From Hydrolagus affinis (lineage: Eukaryota): a DNA stretch of 64,000 bases. A model generated the notes under the pieces. That model did not search any database, was not told the DNA's origin, and saw only the letters and a list, made by a program, of their open reading frames with translations. The position numbers were made by a program, and so were the translations under genes. The stretch lies in the NCBI GenBank assembly GCA_012026655.1, contig JAAILG010000353.1:1-64000 (forward strand), given 5' to 3'. Below, piece by piece: positions 38,128-50,574 of this stretch (the stretch's first letter is position 1; each line of letters starts with the position of its first letter).

Positions 38128-40397
38128 GCCATAGGAGGGATTTACAATATCACTGAAATTATTATTGTACTTTAGTCACCATATCAAACCTCTTCTGACG
38201 CAATCCGCTTTCTACTCCAATATTTAAGTGTCACCATCTGTCACTGAGATGTTTGTTCAGTGGAGGTCAACTTCAGGAATTCAGAGTTAGCTCGTTCACA
38301 TCATGGAACTCCACACACTGCTCTTCACATCTCCTCCCTTCCATCCACCCTCCCAGTATTAGTAATGCAAAGACATCAAGCACGTAGCGAGCATCGTGAA
38401 ATGAATACTTCTTTTTAAAAATAATTATACATTTCCAAAACATAGCATCTATCCAGAATTCCACATTTTGATTGATGGACAATTCACCCAAAATGTTGTT
38501 TTTAATCTATTAGCAACTGTTTTCCTTCAAAAATCAGTCATAATACTTTACATTATCTTAAAAAGCGCTTTGAGACATCAAAATTGACACTGTATCAAAT
38601 GTAAGGATTATCATTATTACTACTATTTAGCAGTGTTGTGAGACTGTGGCGTGTAATAATTACTACAACAAAGCTGACAAGCAGTGTCTATGCCACGAGC
38701 AATTCTAACAACTTGGATCCGGCGTGTCGTGGTTGTTATGGAAACACTTAATCGAGAGGCTGAAGTCTGAGGCGAAACGATCAGGGAATGAACTTTGATC
38801 CAAAGGAAGTGTGAGTTCACTTAAAATGCTGGCAATAACTAATTCATGGACACTTCAGAGGAAATGAGGCCTTTTGCTCATTAAAGCCTGCTGAGAGACA
38901 TCGAGATATAAGAACTACGACTTCATACGCTTTTCTGTCTGCTTTGCCTGACCTGTGAGCAGGATGCAGTGGTAATAGGAGGTAGAGAAGCTGAGCACAA
39001 TTCCCTGCGGAGGATTTGCCAACTAGAAGACCCATTAGTGGCAGTGTGTATCTGTAAACTAGGAGGACTTGTATTGTGTTGTGTGCAAGGTGAATTGCTC
39101 GCAATGTGCCTGGGGAATTACCTACCGGCTCTCTGTGTTGTATATGAATAAACTATTATTTCTTCCACTGCATCCCAAGAAATACTTACGTTTGATATGC
39201 AGTAAACAAGATTTAACATATAACAGAGCTCGGCAAATATAATCCTGTTAACTATTGCTTTCAAATTAATTCTGTAGAATATTGGATAGGTTCACAAATA
39301 AGGTTCACAAATAAGACAATTGCATAGTTATACAGTACTCACTTAACAGAGTGTGGTGAGTTATTTGATATACAGGTAGCTTGAAAGTAATTATTGGTTT
39401 ATTATTAGTTGGATTATTGGTAAATCCAACCCCAAATTTTATGAGGAATAATGGTTAAAAAAACAGACAACTGATGCATGTATATTCAGGCAGATGTATG
39501 GGGCAAAATTTGTGGTATTTCTTATCCTTTTCCTTGTGTTAATTAAGACAAGCCACCTGGCAAAATGTTCTCCTTCATCTCAGAAACAGTTCCTGTTTAA
39601 CCAAGGCATTATAAAAGTGCATTTTTTAATCAATATTTTGCGTTATTGCAAACTGATTAGTTTGCGAAGCAGAGTGCTGTACAATCGAGAAATTCCATTT
39701 GCCGCAAAGTCCAGCAATTTGAGAAGGATTTGCAAACGCAGGCTGCGGTTGCTTGTGCAAAATCGCTTCATAATTTCACGTGGCAAAATACACATACAGT
39801 ATATTCGAAGCACACTGATCTGTGGTAAACATCCTAAGGCTACTTATAAATTTAAACAGCTTTTAGATTAGGATAGCAAGTCTTAATGCATTTATTAACA
39901 CTCAATCAGGACTTGTTAGTTCAATATTACGAAATGGATTGGGGAATAAGGCCAATGACTTTCCCAGCATCTGTTCGGGTGTTTGGACGTCAGTCGTGGC
40001 CAAGGATTATTGGCAGCGGGTGTTTTTCTATTATATAATTGTATGTTTATTTCTGTGAATATGGACTGGACCTCTCCTTCATTAGCTTGGCTAACCAGGG
40101 GACATCATCCCTACAAATACAGACATTCATTCACAATATTTATCTATCGACATTAAAATCTAGCAATGTAATCACGACTGTTCACTGGATTGGGTTTTAA
40201 GACATATTCATCGAGAAGCAGAATTCAACAAAGAACAGGGACCGTGTCTCAATATCTAAAACAGTAACTATTTGCGATTTGGCAAAAAGAATGAAGGCTA
40301 AGTTTGGAAATGATTTCACGCTTTCCAACAATTTGATCATTATCACCGGCAATAATTATCACATTCTTTACCTCACAGTATTGTTAGAGGTATACAT

Positions 40398-40462
40398 TTC
40401 AGCGCCTTGGGATGTCCTCCTGACGTGAAAGGCGCTCTATAAGTGTATAGTTGTTGTTGTTC
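40398..40462 (+). mobile_element. L2 type-B 3' tail
   Basis: tcagcgccttgggatgtcctcctgacgtgaaaggcgctctataag...gttgttgttgtt. Confidence 0.78.
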
Positions 40463-40744
40463 TTGGCAAGTGGAAACCTGCATCCAAGTGTTTCCAAAGT
40501 AAAGCTACTTAATTATTTGCTTTGTTTCTTTGAAACTGTCATTCAGATCGAGCAAGACTCAGGTTTGACTTGACTGCTCAATAGTTGCTTGGATTTTTAT
40601 TTGTCCAGGTGTTTGTCAACCCTTTTATATGGTGAAAGACTTTGCTCCCAGGTTGTTTTATCGCCAGTTGTATGCCAAAATTTTATAAACATGCTCTTCC
40701 CCATTCCTTAGATCCTAAAATAAGAAGAACTCATCAAACGCGTC

Positions 40745-40933
40745 CCCAAAAAAACACAATAATAAAATTGGTCATTTCAATCCACGCCCGTTTGTGGGAC
40801 ACTGATGTGCGCAATTGGCTGCCGCGTTTCTCCCACAAATATACAGCCAATTCACTTTACAGTATACTTTGTGAAGCGCGTTGAAATGTCCAGAAGATGT
40901 GACAAGCGCTATATCAAATTCAAGGATTATTAT
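40745..40933 (+). mobile_element. 5'-truncated young SINE
   Basis: Body and tail match the family. Confidence 0.9.
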
Positions 40934-42204
40934 AAACACATGGACTTGGCTGATTGCACATCTTCAAATGATAAATCCTCACACAGAATTCCTTTGTTCA
41001 AAGGCCTCATTTTAATTGTTTAGAAAATCACTTATTTTGCTAAGTTTTACTAAGTAGTGGAGGTATCAAGTTTAACAGTGGATAGTTTATGTAATTGCTA
41101 ATTAACTCTAACATTGGAATTTGCTGTGAATGTTTTGTCATCACTTTCTCGTTAATTTGCTTTATAATGAAGGGAAAAAAAGTCATTATTTTGTTTAGTG
41201 CAACTAACTGTTTGAAAAGAGGCCACAAAATATTTGCTGATTCGGTGTGTTATTATCAATATTACAAAGAAATTTCACTTTTTGTTCAGGAATACCTTTT
41301 TATTAAGTTTAGATTTTGGACTACTTGTGTGCTTGTGGGGTGCCAGATATGATCAGATAAGTTACAGTTTTCGTAACAATTTCTATAAATTCTTTCTATG
41401 TTACTCTTGATCTTAATCCTCCCTCGGAAGTTCAAAAGTAAATTAATTGAGAATAATACCTGGATTTGCTCCAAAGTGAATATTGTAATTGGACTCAGAC
41501 CCACTGGCTTTTAGATCCATGATATGTTTAAGCCGTGACGTCTGCTGTAGAAACATTAGGTATTCGCGAGGGGTATTTGTAATATTTGTACAGTTTTGCG
41601 CACATTGATTCCAAAACAGAATTAATAGTTGTGCATAGATGTGAGGAGGCTTTGATCAACAGTCTGATATTCTTTAAAATATTTAGGTGACTAGCCATTA
41701 GCATGTAGAGTTAAATACTGATCTAGCTGATAACAGGCATAAATAATCCCTTTTTAGTATTCTACTTGTACTTGATAATAAATTGTATCCATTGCCTTCG
41801 AAGGGAGGCTATGTATTCTGTGTTGATTAAGTGCAAAGTGCAGTATATTATGATCAGTTAACACTGAAAGTGTTTATTTCGGCTCGTATGTCTTTCTTAT
41901 CCTGAAGATGCTGAATCACAGTGGACACATTGCCCATTCTTCAAATCCCTCTTTCAAATGGTTACGGTATGTTTCATGCATAAGCCTAGACAGTGAGTTA
42001 TTCACTTGAACGGCATCACGATTGCCTTTGTTCTCACCCTACATCTGCCCTTTGCAAACAGGTACCGTTCAATTAAGGATGTTTCCCTTACATAGGAGTA
42101 CAGCACTGAGACTAATTATGCTACCCCAGCTCAACAACAACAACAGCAAATTACATATTTGTAAAGCACCTTTCAGGTCAGGAGGACACAACAGTTGAAC
42201 AAAA

Positions 42205-42425
42205 GGATACGAGTTTAGCGTTGTAAAAGGCAATTTCAGGACAGACATTTTTCTTGATGCAGAGGGGAATCAACAACCGGAACACGCTGCTGTAAAGGCG
42301 GCGAAGGCCAGTTCACGAGACTCATTTGAAAGATAGCTTGATGCCGTGCGGGGGTGATGGTAGGGTGGGTGTTCTGGAGGGATATGATCGGATGGGTCAA
42401 AGGGTCTTACTTATCTGGACCAGTC
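42205..42425 (+). mobile_element. Decayed CR1 3' end (same family as 33558)
   Basis: aatttcaggacagac...cagaggggaatcaac...gactcatttgaaagatagcttgatg...gggtcaaagggtcttacttatctggac. Confidence 0.65.
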
Positions 42426-43289
42426 TTGTGAGCTCGAAAAAAACCAACCACCCAGGGAGAAGGTGGAAGGAAAGTCACTGTGGGACCAGTCCCAAGCTAA
42501 AAGAAGCACTCTACAAATGAGTACCCATCAGGCAGAACAATGGAAGAATTTTTGGCGCAGTTCTGAGTTGTGTCCCCACACATTCATAAAGGATAAAAAT
42601 TTATCCTGATGCAACCCAAACATTCACATTGGCCCAATGCTAAAGCAAATGCTCCCTGCCCCAATAGTAAAGAGCAAAACCAAGCCTTCATGGTGAGCGT
42701 TTATATTCATAGCTCTTAAATGCAAACTGTACAATCCAATTGCAGTGTTCTCTAGATAAAATTATTTTAATACTCACAACACTCACATACTGGAACCACT
42801 ACCAGGTTACAGCCTGAGGTAACAGAGGTTTGTCTTGGAATCTATTCAAGTATGAAATATCCCTTCAATGGTTTTTTTCTTAACTGATTGAGTGTTCGAT
42901 AAATAGAGAAATCAACAGTTAAACAGGTTTGAATAGACAGATTTGTTAAAAAAATGGGCTACATTTACCTGCAGAGCACAGGAATCTTCAACCAAGCAAA
43001 ACATTTATTAGCAAGCCGGTGTTCAAATGATCATAAATTACGATCACAATCATAAAATGTTAATCTTGTAATCTTTGTGAAAAAAAATCAATCTGCCAGA
43101 AGTCAGTGATTTACTCCATGACCTCCTAAAATGAACTCAATGGATGAAAAGAATTTGCCTCGTTGATTCGTTGATTCATCATTCACAATGTCCAAATACT
43201 GTGAGAAAGCAGTAAACTAACACTAAACCAGATAAGATTGTCTGTGAGTTCAAACCTTCAGACATCAATTGGAAGATGCATGCTGTCAG

Positions 43290-43560
43290 CCTGGCAGTCT
43301 CATCCCTGTGCCAGAAAGCTACAAATTTAAGCCCCACCTCAGGACTTAAAGAGTTCATAACCTAGGCTGTCACTGTCAATACTGGGTGTGTATGTCAATG
43401 CCATCTTTTAGATGAGACCTGGTTCTATCTGCCTGTTCAGGTGGAAGTTAAAAGATCCCATTGCACTACTCGAAAAGAGAAAGCTTTTGATTTTTTCCCG
43501 TGTGCTTGCCAACGAATCCGCCAAATAAAATTGCTCGCTCGTTCCATGGCTGTTTGTCGA
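43290..43560 (+). mobile_element. Old Deu-domain SINE
   Basis: gccatctttttagatgagac...tctgcctgttcaggtggaagttaaaagatcccattgcactactcgaaaagag...cccgtgtgcttgccaac...atggctgtttgt. Confidence 0.78.
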
Positions 43561-44063
43561 ACATTGCGGTCAACAGCTGCAACAGGTTTCTCGGGTGATC
43601 CAGGCAGACACTTACGTCAAATCATTATTGGTACGACTGTAATAAGTTGGGGAGAAAAAAATGTAACTTTCATGCCTACCCTGATCCAAATGTAGATTTG
43701 CACCCCATTAACAGCCTATTTTATAGAAGTCTTATCCCAAGTGGAAGTATATGTGTTGTCAAACTAATTACTGTACTTTTTTTTACACAAACTACTTTTT
43801 CAAATGTTACATGAACAGCTGGATTTTCCATTTGGTCATTGAGTGAGTTCAATGGCACACAAGAGGCCAACAAAGTTTGCATTTTCCACAATGTGGTGGT
43901 TACTGAAATTAATGCCAATTGCTGTTCTAACCAAGAGCCAGTTGAGATTGTAATGAGGGCATCTGAGATTATAATTGCAGTATTAAAACCACCACCTCAG
44001 TGCTTTCCATTCTGATGTTTCTTGGACTCGTTTAAAAGTGGTCGAAAGAATGTGCGAGAATTT

Positions 44064-44355
44064 CAACAACAACAACAACAACAAAAATAGATTTGTATAG
44101 CGCCTTTCACATCCCAAAGTGCTGGAAAAAGTGCCCAGAGAACATATCCCACTTGGATTGTAGAATAATAAATGAAACAAATTAGATAACCTTTCAGCAC
44201 TTTGGGATTCCTCCCGACGTGAAAGACGCTATGTAAGTGCAATTTTGTTGTTGTTGTTGTTGTTGATCACATTGTTAAGATGTCTCAAAGCTGCTTCACG
44301 GGATTTTACTGTGAAGTCTAATGATTGTATTTATAGGCGAATGCAACAACCAAAT
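44064..44355. mobile_element. Cluster of L2-type tails (minus 44064-44120, plus 44190-44265) and a minus-strand SINE remnant (44265-44355)
   Basis: (CAA)n...gtatagcgcctttcacatc; cagcactttgggattcctcccgacgtgaaagacgctat...(TTG)n; gatgtctcaaagctgcttcac...ccaaattgcacag. Confidence 0.65.
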
Positions 44356-44959
44356 TGCACAGAAGTCCCACAAAAACCATGCAGTGATCGACCAGAACAT
44401 CTTGCAAAAGGTCATCTGTTTCCTGAGTGTCAGAAGCCACGATGAACTGATGAAAGGGAGGAACTCCCTGTGCATTTGGAAGCAAACATGAAAATGCTTT
44501 CAAGCCACAAAAAGCAAAATTAAATTGTAGAATTAAACACAACGTTCCTCTCTCTGACTATTGAAAGAGGTGCGGGTGATCGTGGTACTCTGGTGTTTTG
44601 ACAAGAAGTGAATAAAACAGAAAAGAGCTTTGTTCTGGCATAGAAGCTTATCTGGCACTCAAGTCAGGTACAATGCTCATTTACTGAGAAAGGGCATCTT
44701 GTCTTGATGTGTGTAATATAAAAATCCTGACCATCTGTGAAAAAAAACATACATCATTACAGATGAGAAAGCATTACAGTTTGACAATGAAATAAATCTG
44801 CTGGTTGGTACAGTCTGAGGTAGTCATTTGAATTTGAATTTGCAGTTGTGTGTCTAAACCAAACTAAATGGTGCGCCAGATATTCAATCTCAAAAGTCTG
44901 CATTAAGGTGCAGAAATATGTAATGAAACTGGGAAATGAATGCCATTAAATGGTCGTAT

Positions 44960-45160
44960 AGGGGAACTCCCTCCCTCACTCCCTTCAACCTGCCCACCTC
45001 CTTTCCCGTTTTCAGGTTGTACCTGAAGACTTTTCTGTTCGACCGCGCCCTTGGTCATCTTTTCCCCCTCCCGCCTGGCTCAGTCCCGGGCTCCTCTCCG
45101 TGAAGTGCTCTGAGACGCCATCTGGCGTGGAGGGCGCTATATAAAACCAAAGTTGTTGTC
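44960..45160 (+). mobile_element. L2 LINE 3' end (type A)
   Basis: NSLPHSL...FRLYLKTFLFDRALG-like ORF2 end, then gtgaagtgctctgagacgccatctggcgtggagggcgctatataaaaccaaagttgttgt. Confidence 0.85.
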
Positions 45161-47057
45161 GGGAAAATCGTGCAACGAATAGCAGTTAAAAGAACTGTTC
45201 TTAGATTGAGCCATTTGCTTGAGGAACAACAACTTAAAATACAGCAACTACGGATCCTTTTGTGTTCCTGCCAAGCCTGCAGTGCCTGAAGGAAGTTCAA
45301 AATGTTGTGTCTACGCTCAGCCTCTTGCAAGGAGAAATTAGGGTGAACTGAAGATGAGTGGTTTGAACACAATAATGTCTTGAAAGTTGTTAAATATAAC
45401 ATTTATTACAAAAAGAGAGAACTGTACATCTCACTTGAATGTAGGACTCCTTTACTCATGCTACAAACATTACATTCCACAACTCCCTTTCACGTCCTGC
45501 GATCAAACCTTAGACACCAGATGTTATTCTCAGCTGGACTGAGATCCAAAATAGCTTCCAAGTGAAAATTGATTTAACTTGATTTAACTTGAGCAAGTTC
45601 ATATCCAGTCAGATACAAATGACGTGAGCAGTGGATCCTAAAGTATTTTGATGGGTTTATTTTTTCAATCCTATTTTAAATGTTATACATCTCTTCGAAA
45701 TCCCCTTGGCATTCTCTTCTGTCGAGACATTTCTTACTATGAAGGTAATTAGGGGAGGAAAGTCTTCAACCTAATGGTGATTGGAAACAGAATTAAATGG
45801 AGGCAATTTGATAAAATGGTACAACATTTTCCAGCAAAAATCCAATTGCCATGATAACTTTGTTTGATGGATGGCTGTGCAGTCTGTAATCTGGGTACAC
45901 ATTTTAGTTGTTTCTTTGCAAGCGGTCTTGGGTGGGTGAAGAAATTTTGATCTGAACAGCATCACGCTCCTTCTGTATATGCTATGTAACCCTGCCAGAA
46001 TATTAACAAGCTTTCCATTGCCTAAACAATGGTATGAAAGCTTAAAAGTCAAATGATAATACCAGTAAATGTCACAATGGGCGATGCTGGCTTGCAACAG
46101 ACGTTTGAGGAATCTCTAGCGTTGGCCAGAATCCTCCTCTCTGGGAAGCGAGTTAATTAAAAGATTTCTGAAGAGAAATTAGGCCAGCAAGTTTTGTTAT
46201 TGCATAAATCATACTGGAAGAATGTAAACATGGCCTTTTGTCTTCCTACCCAGGATATGCATGTTTACTTGCGCTTCATGACTAATCAATTGACGACTCG
46301 GAATCATTATGCAATCCAACAATGCACGTCATTTGTGAAGAACAACAATAAGTTTTGCAATGGTTTTAGAGCTGAAAGATTTGCGTTAATCGGATATTGT
46401 TAACCCCTGAAGTGCTATGCGGCTGCATCAGCTTCCAAACATAAATTGGTTTGATGGCAAAACATGGTAGCCAATTGCTTACAGTAGCATCTCACAAACA
46501 GTGTTGGATTAAGTAACAAAATTACTATTATTATTTTCTCAGGACAGGAATCTTACCCACGGAAAGCCAATCGATTAACAGCTCAATCTAATCTTAACAG
46601 CTGAGCACTTGTTCTGCAAGCAACCTTCCACCATAAATAAACTTGGAACTTCCCGCATTTTCGACGTGAGTGTTGCCCTAACCTAACCTACAATAATAGT
46701 AAAAATAGTTGAGTCGTGGCTGTAAAATTGATCCCAGAAAGCAAACTCCACAGCAGTTTCGCTTACTCTCACCCTCTTTTTCTTTAGCATAGACAGCAAC
46801 ATGCAAGTACACAGTTGGGAGAAATACTCCCAATTAAAGAGAAAAGTCACGCATGCAAACTTAAAATACGATTTACTCCGCAAAAGGAGATTGGTGTAAG
46901 TACCATACTACAAAACCATGTGTGTTTCCTAGGTGACCCTCAAGAATGATTAAACTAATTATGGTGTCTCTCTGTACACCTAGAAATATTCTTCCAACAG
47001 CAGCAAATCTCAACTTGTCACCTGAAGCTAACCTAAAAAACATTGGTTGGAGATAAT

Positions 47058-47240
47058 AAGCAAAACTGTGAACGCTGGAAATCTAAAATACAAACAGAAC
47101 ATAATAATAATAATAATCCTTATATTTATATAGTGCTTTCCACGTCTTAAAGCGCTTGTTAGAAAACAGGTCAATCAGCGTGTTTGTGATGTTTGTGTGT
47201 AAATGAGAGACAGTCAATTTACTTACATGTCTTGGGAATT
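47058..47240 (-). mobile_element. Decayed PLE-like fragment split by a SINE tail (47101-47157)
   Basis: gctggaaatctaaaatacaaacag...caggtcaatcagc resembles gcaggaaatctgaaacaaaaacag...gggtcaggcagc at 25200-25260. Confidence 0.5.
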
Positions 47241-48934
47241 TGTGTTATCACCTGATTTTCTGACTATTTTGTCCAGGTGACGTAGGTGTGAATCAAACTA
47301 AATCAGACTGTCTTTTGTCAAAGGAATTGATGTCATTTCTGATCCCAGTGACCTTAAAAGTATCTGACATTGAAATAACTTCCTGTTTGAAACAATCACG
47401 GATTCAGTGGAGTATGTCTTCTCACAAAGAGACAGATGACAGATTTGTCAACACAATCTCCACTAGAGACTCTCTGGAGACCAGAAGAGATAGTTCTCAT
47501 TCACACAGCACTGTCCTGTATCATGTCTGTTTCCCTCTATTCTCAGTTGACCTATTTTATTTGCAATTATCCAATAAAACACGAGTACTGCAATGTGATC
47601 TTCGGGAGAGCTACTTATAGACATGTTTGAATTCATCTCTATTCATTCCAATCAAAATGTGTAATATGTACTTAATTCCCATCTAAGTGGCTCAGCAGAC
47701 TTCTTTGCTCATACTTTTCCTGTGACTTACATGAAACTAACAAATGAATTCTAAGGCACCGTGACATGTTTGATTATTTAACTAACAACTACAGAGTTTT
47801 CTGTATGGTCTATAAATATGACACCATTTGCTTTCGCTTCTTTGCTGCCAATGAGATGTCTCTCTTCGTCGATTCATTATGTGATCATAATATTTATTCT
47901 TTTGAGGAAATCAAATACTGTATTTCCCATAGTTTATTTTTACACATTGCAAAACATCAAGTGCGATGTGGAGAGAGCCTGACAGGTAGAGAAGGTTTTA
48001 AATTTAGAGGCTGTATAATAGAGAAATGTTTCCTTGTGTTAGTATGATGTTAGGATTTTACAATATAGGAGATTAATTTAAAATGGCATTGCTCTGGACT
48101 GATTTATCTAACTATAAATATTGTGCACTCTTTCATCAAAGTGTATGATTCGTAAACATTACATTGTATTGCAGTTATGTATTGATGGGGTACTTTACTG
48201 TCGATGGTACAATCCCCCTTTTATTGCTTCATCTGCCAGCTGCCAAAAAGCGTCTATCATATACACGTTCTACTATTGATTCTGTTGTACTGAGGCTGGG
48301 TAAGTTGTTTCGCTTTTCACATCTTGAGGATGTCTAGCTGTAGATCTTCAGATTATAGGTCTAGAAAAATATGACAATGCATATACTGAGAATCAACAGG
48401 CAATTGTTAAAGCACCAAAGGTCTGAGCTGAATGGAAACTATGATTCTTTACTACTATTGATCCGTGATAACAAAACTGTGAGTTTACGATAAAGGTCTT
48501 TCTCAACAGTAACGTAACAATTTAAGCGGACTATACTGATCAATTTCGATAGACTGTGAGTTTAGGTACCCGCTGAATTGTTGTTTACAACAACATTATA
48601 TTGCAGCATGCAATGAGGATACATTCTTACATTAGGCATGCATCTATCCCTTTTGGGTGACAATTAAATAAAATTCTAATTAAATAATTATCCAAACACT
48701 CTGAGCAATTCATTTGCTGCATTGTTCCAGTGAGTCTAAACTTCTTGCAGGTGTCAAGCAATGTCTTTTGTTCATATTTATCCCATATTTTAAGCTTATT
48801 ACGTGATTTATTCAATTGCTTCCTTTTTACTTCAACGTCATGTTTTGAAATGTTCCTACTCTCCCCGACTTCCTTGGCTGCTCTGTCCATTTTGCCAACT
48901 CAATCCTGCTTTGTAATCCTGCCTGCTCCACCCT

Positions 48935-49320
48935 TCCATTAGAGGATAACCTTTCAGACATTTTGCTGTCTGGAACTCCCTTCCAAATTCCTTCAATCTT
49001 GCCCCTTCCCTTTCTTTGCCTTCAAAAATTGTTTACAGATTAATTAATTCATCGACTTTGCTGTGGGGACGCTGCTGTGCGCAATTGGCTGCTGCGTTTT
49101 GCCCACAAATATACAGTCAATTCACTTTACAGTATATTCTGTGAAGCGCTTTGAGACGTCGATAAGATGTGAAAAGCGCTACATCAAATGCAAGGATTAT
49201 CATTATTATTTGCTTTCCCTCCCTTCAACCCATTGTTCCCTCGCAGTTTGGACTCCAGCTGAATCTTTGTAAAATGTTTGAGACTTAAATTGTAAGTGTA
49301 AATTGTGGTGGTTGTTGCTG
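48935..49320 (+). mobile_element. Decayed L2 3' end with a young SINE nested at ~49050-49210
   Basis: tctggaactcccttccaaattcc...gccttcaaaa before the insert, near-consensus SINE body and tail, L2-like UTR and tail ending ggtggttgttg after it. Confidence 0.7.
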
Positions 49321-50149
49321 CTGTATTCTTTCACTTAGCATTGAAAATGACTAATATAGCTAGATCTTGATATTATCCAGCATTGGATCCAGATGCTATC
49401 CAGAATATCTAGAGTTAAGACAAACCTAACTAGTTTAGCAAAATGTGTCTGGGTCAGCATTTTTAACTGCTTGTTAAAAGCAACTGAATTGAAATGAACC
49501 CTGTGCAAAACAGGAGGGTGCTTAAGTGAAAAGCAAAAACGGCTTTCTAGAGCAGGAATATTCAAGCCATTTAAAAAACAAAGAGATTTGGGACAATATT
49601 TATTCAATTAATTAATTGAAACCATTTTAGCAGGACCCCCAACTGATGTCACACCTAATTTATGGTGTGGTTCATGCGGTTGTACAGAATGGCTTGAAAA
49701 AAAGTACAAAGTTTGCGTAAACCGACTGCAATTTAATTAAACATTTTTTTAAAAATTGAGTAGGCCTACACAGCCAAAAATCCCCCAAATGATCGGTTAA
49801 CCTGCCTAGTATGGGTGTGCGCATGCTTAGAGAGAATAAAAAAGTGCCAGGGTTTTAAACTGGAGGTCACACTAGTCTATTTTACAAGTTTGATTATAAT
49901 GTCATTATGTCAGGAGCCACTTGAATCGCAGTAATTCATAGAGGATATTCAAAGTCTTTGATTAGAATGGGAATTTTATTATATAGTGGCACCTCACTGT
50001 AACAACTGTGCCAAAAGAAACCTTTCTATGCACAAGTTCCCTTTGGTCTTCAGAGAAGATCTATTTGGAGACAATCAAGGTGACTGCACTTTTCGTAAGT
50101 TGAGCCCATCTTAAGATGTAATTTCGCCCATGAATATACAGTCAATTTT

Positions 50150-50283
50150 CCTACTCTCCTTCGCCCTACCCTGCCCACTCCCCCCCCCTGCTCTGGTCCC
50201 TACCTGACGATTCAGTGCCTTGGGACGTCCCCCCGACGTGAAAGGCACTATATAAATATAATTTTGATTGATTGATTGATTGA
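50150..50283 (+). mobile_element. L2 type-B 3' end with a (GATT)n tail
   Basis: ctggtccctacctgacgattcagtgccttgggacgtccccccgacgtgaaaggcactatataaat. Homologous to the 8700-8855 copy. Confidence 0.8.
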
Positions 50284-50419
50284 CATATACATCGATGATC
50301 TGACTATAAGAGCATTCACGAGATTCCGTAAAGTTCTGGGGAACCTTATCAGAAAAACAGAACACCCAGAATTTTACAGAACCTGGTAACTTCCCTGGAA
50401 TTCCCCACAACAAGAAAAG

Positions 50420-50574
50420 TAGACAATTATTTGGTGAAGGACAAGTTTTGCAGGTTCTACGGGGAGACAGCGGGGGCAGTGGGATTGATTTCGACGGCTC
50501 TTTTCAAAGAGCCGACACAGACACGATGAGCCAAATGGCCTCCTTGTGTGCTGCACAATGCTACGATTGTATGA
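50420..50574 (+). mobile_element. CR1 LINE 3' end (same family as 20949)
   Basis: cagtgggattga...ctcttttcaaagagccgacacagacacgatgagccaaatggcctcc aligns with 21070-21163. Confidence 0.85.

Noticed and set aside
44447-44475. Hammerhead-like CTGATGA followed by a gggag/ctccc stem
   Set aside because: The required GAAA box and cleavage triplet are absent.
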